A DNA stretch of 64,000 nt from assembly GCA_963713855.1 (NCBI GenBank), contig OY970209.1, positions 1,440,001 through 1,504,000 on the forward strand, in the 5' to 3' direction. Source of the DNA: an uncultured bacterium. GTDB taxonomy: Bacteria > Babelota > Babeliae > Babelales > Babelaceae. The translations under genes were made by a program, and so were the position numbers. The notes beneath the pieces were generated by a model that saw nothing but the letters and a program-made list of their open reading frames with translations, was not told the origin of the DNA and did not search any database. Positions 60,901 through 64,000 of this stretch are shown one piece after another (position 1 is the first letter of the stretch; every line of letters begins with the position of its first letter).

Positions 60901-61947
60901 ATGAACAAGTTCGCATTCTATTTCGTCTCATTATTTTGCTTTGGTTCTACACAACTTAACTTTGCTAGTGATTACCTATTAAGAGCGTATGATTGGGTCA
61001 AAGATTATGCACAAGCAAGTGCTCTTTGCCAACAACATTGGCAACTGCTTGGCGAGAACGACAGTTTTTGTTCGCACACGTTTGAAAAATATCTTTATGC
61101 AATTACTTTTCCATTCACACTTCCGGAATTCAGCCTCGAGGCTTTAGTTCTAGAAAGTCAAGGAGAATTAATAGGCCTTTGTATTTATCAGGTGACTCCA
61201 AAAGGCCTTTCGGCTGAGAATATGAACTTCATGGAAATGAGCTACATAATAATTGATACAAAATATCAAAGACAGGGATATGCTTCAGCGTTATTTGATG
61301 GGGTTAAAGCTGATCTTTTAGAACAAGGCTGCAAAACCGTTTTTGCGAGGGTGCAAGAAACAAATATACCAGCTATCGCATGGCACACAAAACAAGGCTT
61401 TGTAGATGTTGAAGAAGAATCTAATGACGGCCTAGAACAAACTCACTACCTTCACGCTAAAAGCTATGGATATAGGTTCATGAAGTTAGTGCTTGCGCCA
61501 AAATCCAAAAGCCGCCATAAATCCCTCGATTCTGAAACATTGCTATCTTTGAAAACTCAGCTTCGAATGCGAGCTGAAGTGGATAAGATAACACTTGATC
61601 GACAAACTCGTATTATTAAACATGCTTCCGTGCTCTTTCATCCTCTCATTGAGGTAAATGGGCTCAATTGTGCTCAATTTTTTAAAATGGCACGTTATTA
61701 CATAAATGCTTCAAGTGATGCAAACAAAACAATGGCGTATATTGTGTATTTGATGAGGCATCCTTTGAACGACGAAGAGGAAGCAACTTTTGCTGAAATT
61801 TTTGGACTTATCGATATATACATCAATCTCGTCAACGAGTTTCGCAAACAGAATAAAGAACTCTCGTTTGATGAGGCTTTAAAAATGGCTGACGCCGCTT
61901 ACCACAAAGATAAAAAGTCCCTAGAATCAGAGGGCATCTTGTTATAG
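60901..61947 (+). CDS. Exported GNAT acetyltransferase with C-terminal extension
   Basis: IDTKYQRQGYASAL, NIPAIAWHTKQGF. Confidence 0.85.
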   Translation: MNKFAFYFVSLFCFGSTQLNFASDYLLRAYDWVKDYAQASALCQQHWQLLGENDSFCSHTFEKYLYAITFPFTLPEFSLEALVLESQGELIGLCIYQVTPKGLSAENMNFMEMSYIIIDTKYQRQGYASALFDGVKADLLEQGCKTVFARVQETNIPAIAWHTKQGFVDVEEESNDGLEQTHYLHAKSYGYRFMKLVLAPKSKSRHKSLDSETLLSLKTQLRMRAEVDKITLDRQTRIIKHASVLFHPLIEVNGLNCAQFFKMARYYINASSDANKTMAYIVYLMRHPLNDEEEATFAEIFGLIDIYINLVNEFRKQNKELSFDEALKMADAAYHKDKKSLESEGILL

Positions 61948-62085
61948 CGGTGGCCATGATAAACATCTAAGGCTAGCTACAAAAAATGCGCGAAAAATTC
62001 GATAAACCATTGCTTCTCAATAGACAAATTGCTAGTACTATTCTATATCTGAATATTTTACATGAATATTTTTGAAAGGTGATCG

Positions 62086-63168
62086 ATGAAAAAAATCTTA
62101 CTTTGTTCACTTAGTGTACTAGTGCTTACGGGTGCAATATGTGATTCCGTATTTGCAAACCAAGACTCCACCTCTGCTAAACCCGGTTCAAAAGCTTTAT
62201 GTAAAGGTGAAACTTGCGTCTATGAACGATCAAGCAATGACTCGCTTGAAAAAATGGTTTACGAAACCGCAACAAAAGATCCAAAATTCTTATCTTGGTT
62301 GGTTGCGCGCGGCCATGCAGCTCTTATTAAAACACTTCTCGAGCATGGCTTTAAGCCATCAAAAGAAAACCTAGTTCATCTAGCAGCAATTAACAATAGA
62401 GTTGATGTGCTTAAAGTGCTCAAAGACGCAGCATTTGACATTGACTTGAAAGATGAAGACGACCTAAAACCAATCCATAAAGCAGCGCAGCACGGTGCTG
62501 TTGAGGCTATGCAATGGCTCATTGCTAACGGTGTAGACATTGACACTCTCGTACGAGAAGGCTTGGAACGAGTATCCCCAGTCTACTTAGCCGCTGAAAA
62601 CCATGAATGGGATACTGTTCGATGGCTTCTAGAAAACGGCGCTAGTCCATACGTTATAAAAGACGGCTATTCATTGTTAGACCTTGCCGTTAGGAACGAC
62701 AGACCTGATATCGTTGAGTTGGCACTCAAAAAAGGCGCCATTTGGAGCAATGATACACTTGAAATAGCAGTCTACCAAAATATAGTACCGATCGCAAAAA
62801 TTCTTCTTTCCCATGAAGCTAATTCTAGCATAACTCCCGGTGGGCTTAACACCGCTTTTAGCGACGCGGTACATCACGGCAATCTTGAGATGGCAGCGCT
62901 ACTTCTTGACCATGGAGCAAATGTAGATACCATAGACGCTTCAGGCTTTACATCCCTTTATTGGGCTATTTTTAATGACCAAACCGAAATGGTTGAGCTT
63001 CTTATTAAGCATAATGCAAACGTTAATCTAGCAACAGTTTACAGCGCGCCGCTTTCACACGCAAAATCTAGAGGCAACGAGGCGATTATTGATTTATTAA
63101 AAAAACACGGTGCTGTTGAAGTTCCGTGGGGGAAAAAATCGTCTGGAGATCGAAAGCCGCAAAATTAA
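62086..63168 (+). CDS. Ankyrin-repeat protein with signal peptide
   Basis: PIHKAAQHG, PVYLAAEN, TSLYWAIFN, HGANVD repeats. Confidence 0.93.
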   Translation: MKKILLCSLSVLVLTGAICDSVFANQDSTSAKPGSKALCKGETCVYERSSNDSLEKMVYETATKDPKFLSWLVARGHAALIKTLLEHGFKPSKENLVHLAAINNRVDVLKVLKDAAFDIDLKDEDDLKPIHKAAQHGAVEAMQWLIANGVDIDTLVREGLERVSPVYLAAENHEWDTVRWLLENGASPYVIKDGYSLLDLAVRNDRPDIVELALKKGAIWSNDTLEIAVYQNIVPIAKILLSHEANSSITPGGLNTAFSDAVHHGNLEMAALLLDHGANVDTIDASGFTSLYWAIFNDQTEMVELLIKHNANVNLATVYSAPLSHAKSRGNEAIIDLLKKHGAVEVPWGKKSSGDRKPQN

Positions 63169-63221
63169 TATTTCTTGAGACACATTAGAAGGGAAAGGGC
63201 ATACCTGTCCTCTTTTTATGC

Positions 63222-63851
63222 TTACAGCTCTTCTATAAAGTGCCTGAATGCGTAAGCTGCCAAGAAGGCGCCAAGAAACGCTCCACCTACGTATAATCCT
63301 ACGTCATTCCATACAACTGGAATCCCCTTTAGTAAGCTGAAAAATGCTGCACCAAGGGCTACAGCCGGGTTAAAGAGCCCGCCTGAGATAGGACCTCCTA
63401 GCATTGAAAGAGCCGGAATGGTAAATCCTATGGCAAAGCCAAAAATCTGGTTGCCGCGATACTTGTCCGATGTGGCCATGGTAAGAACGATGAGAGCAAA
63501 AACAAACGACAGAAGAACTTCCACAAGAAAGGCTTGCCAGAAGCTTACACCAACAGAAGGGGCAGGAATAACTACGTGACCCTTAAGAAACGATGTTGTC
63601 AGAAAAGCAAGAAAGCCACCAAGTACTTGAGCAATTATGTAACTTGGCACTAAGTCCCAACGTAACCGGCCTCTTAGCGCAATTGCAAATGAAAGCATCG
63701 GGTTATAATGTGAACCTGAAACATTGCTACCAATGTATATCCACGCCATAAGCATTGACGCTATAGCAAAAGGATTTGCTGTCGCAGCAATGGTAAGAAT
63801 AAAAAAGAACGTACCTAAAAACTCCATTATTTGTCGTTTCATAGACTTCAC
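63222..63851 (-). CDS. Aquaporin / MIP channel
   Basis: EFLGTF, SGSHYNPM, ISGGLFNPAVALG. Confidence 0.92.
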   Translation of the reverse strand: MKSMKRQIMEFLGTFFFILTIAATANPFAIASMLMAWIYIGSNVSGSHYNPMLSFAIALRGRLRWDLVPSYIIAQVLGGFLAFLTTSFLKGHVVIPAPSVGVSFWQAFLVEVLLSFVFALIVLTMATSDKYRGNQIFGFAIGFTIPALSMLGGPISGGLFNPAVALGAAFFSLLKGIPVVWNDVGLYVGGAFLGAFLAAYAFRHFIEEL

Positions 63852-64000
63852 CTTGCGTAAGAAAATATCGATGCACTAGTGCATACTAACACCAACACTG
63901 TCAAAGCGCAATGCAAAAACTGACAAACTTCTTAAGTTCTGGGAAGCATACGCCTACGCGGCGAGCGCAAGGGCAGACGCCCTTGACCCAGGCTTTATGA

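Noticed and set aside
63243..63262. Reverse-strand match TGGCAG-CTT-ACGCATTCAGG to the repeat
   Set aside because: Inside the aquaporin CDS, wrong spacing, no hairpin; probably chance.

Overview
AT-rich bacterial DNA. The gene content (ankyrin proteins, many signal-peptide orphans, a Legionella MOMP-like porin, eukaryote-like glycosyltransferases) suggests a protist-associated intracellular bacterium, probably Babeliae/Dependentiae (TM6); this is inference only. Positions 1-29.8 kb hold accessory and secreted genes, and 57-64 kb holds housekeeping genes (tRNA-Val/Asn/Asp, sppA, mreC, PhoH2, aquaporin). The main result is a ~27-kb array (30.1-56.9 kb) abutting the CCA end of tRNA-Asp. It is divided into 0.27-7.1 kb cassettes by 11 direct repeats (consensus TGGCGGTACCTAAGCGACGCATTCAGGAAT). 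The tRNA-proximal unit is a 6.2-kb element carrying a structured leader, a rolling-circle-type Rep, a TA pair and a large serine recombinase whose 3' end runs into the tRNA. The repeats look like that recombinase's att sites: a symmetric 54-bp attP-like site centred on the TG that matches the tRNA terminal CA. Their right arms also encode alternative recombinase C-termini (WRYLSDAFRNRE...) with mostly synonymous or conservative variation. Nine of the 11 have a variable-loop GCCAGC..GCTGGC hairpin as left arm. Cargo is Hint polymorphic toxins with immunity genes, TA modules, orphan antitoxins, metalloproteases and an ABC transporter. This looks like an integron-like cassette system driven by a serine recombinase. 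Family assignments are from motif recognition, not database searches.
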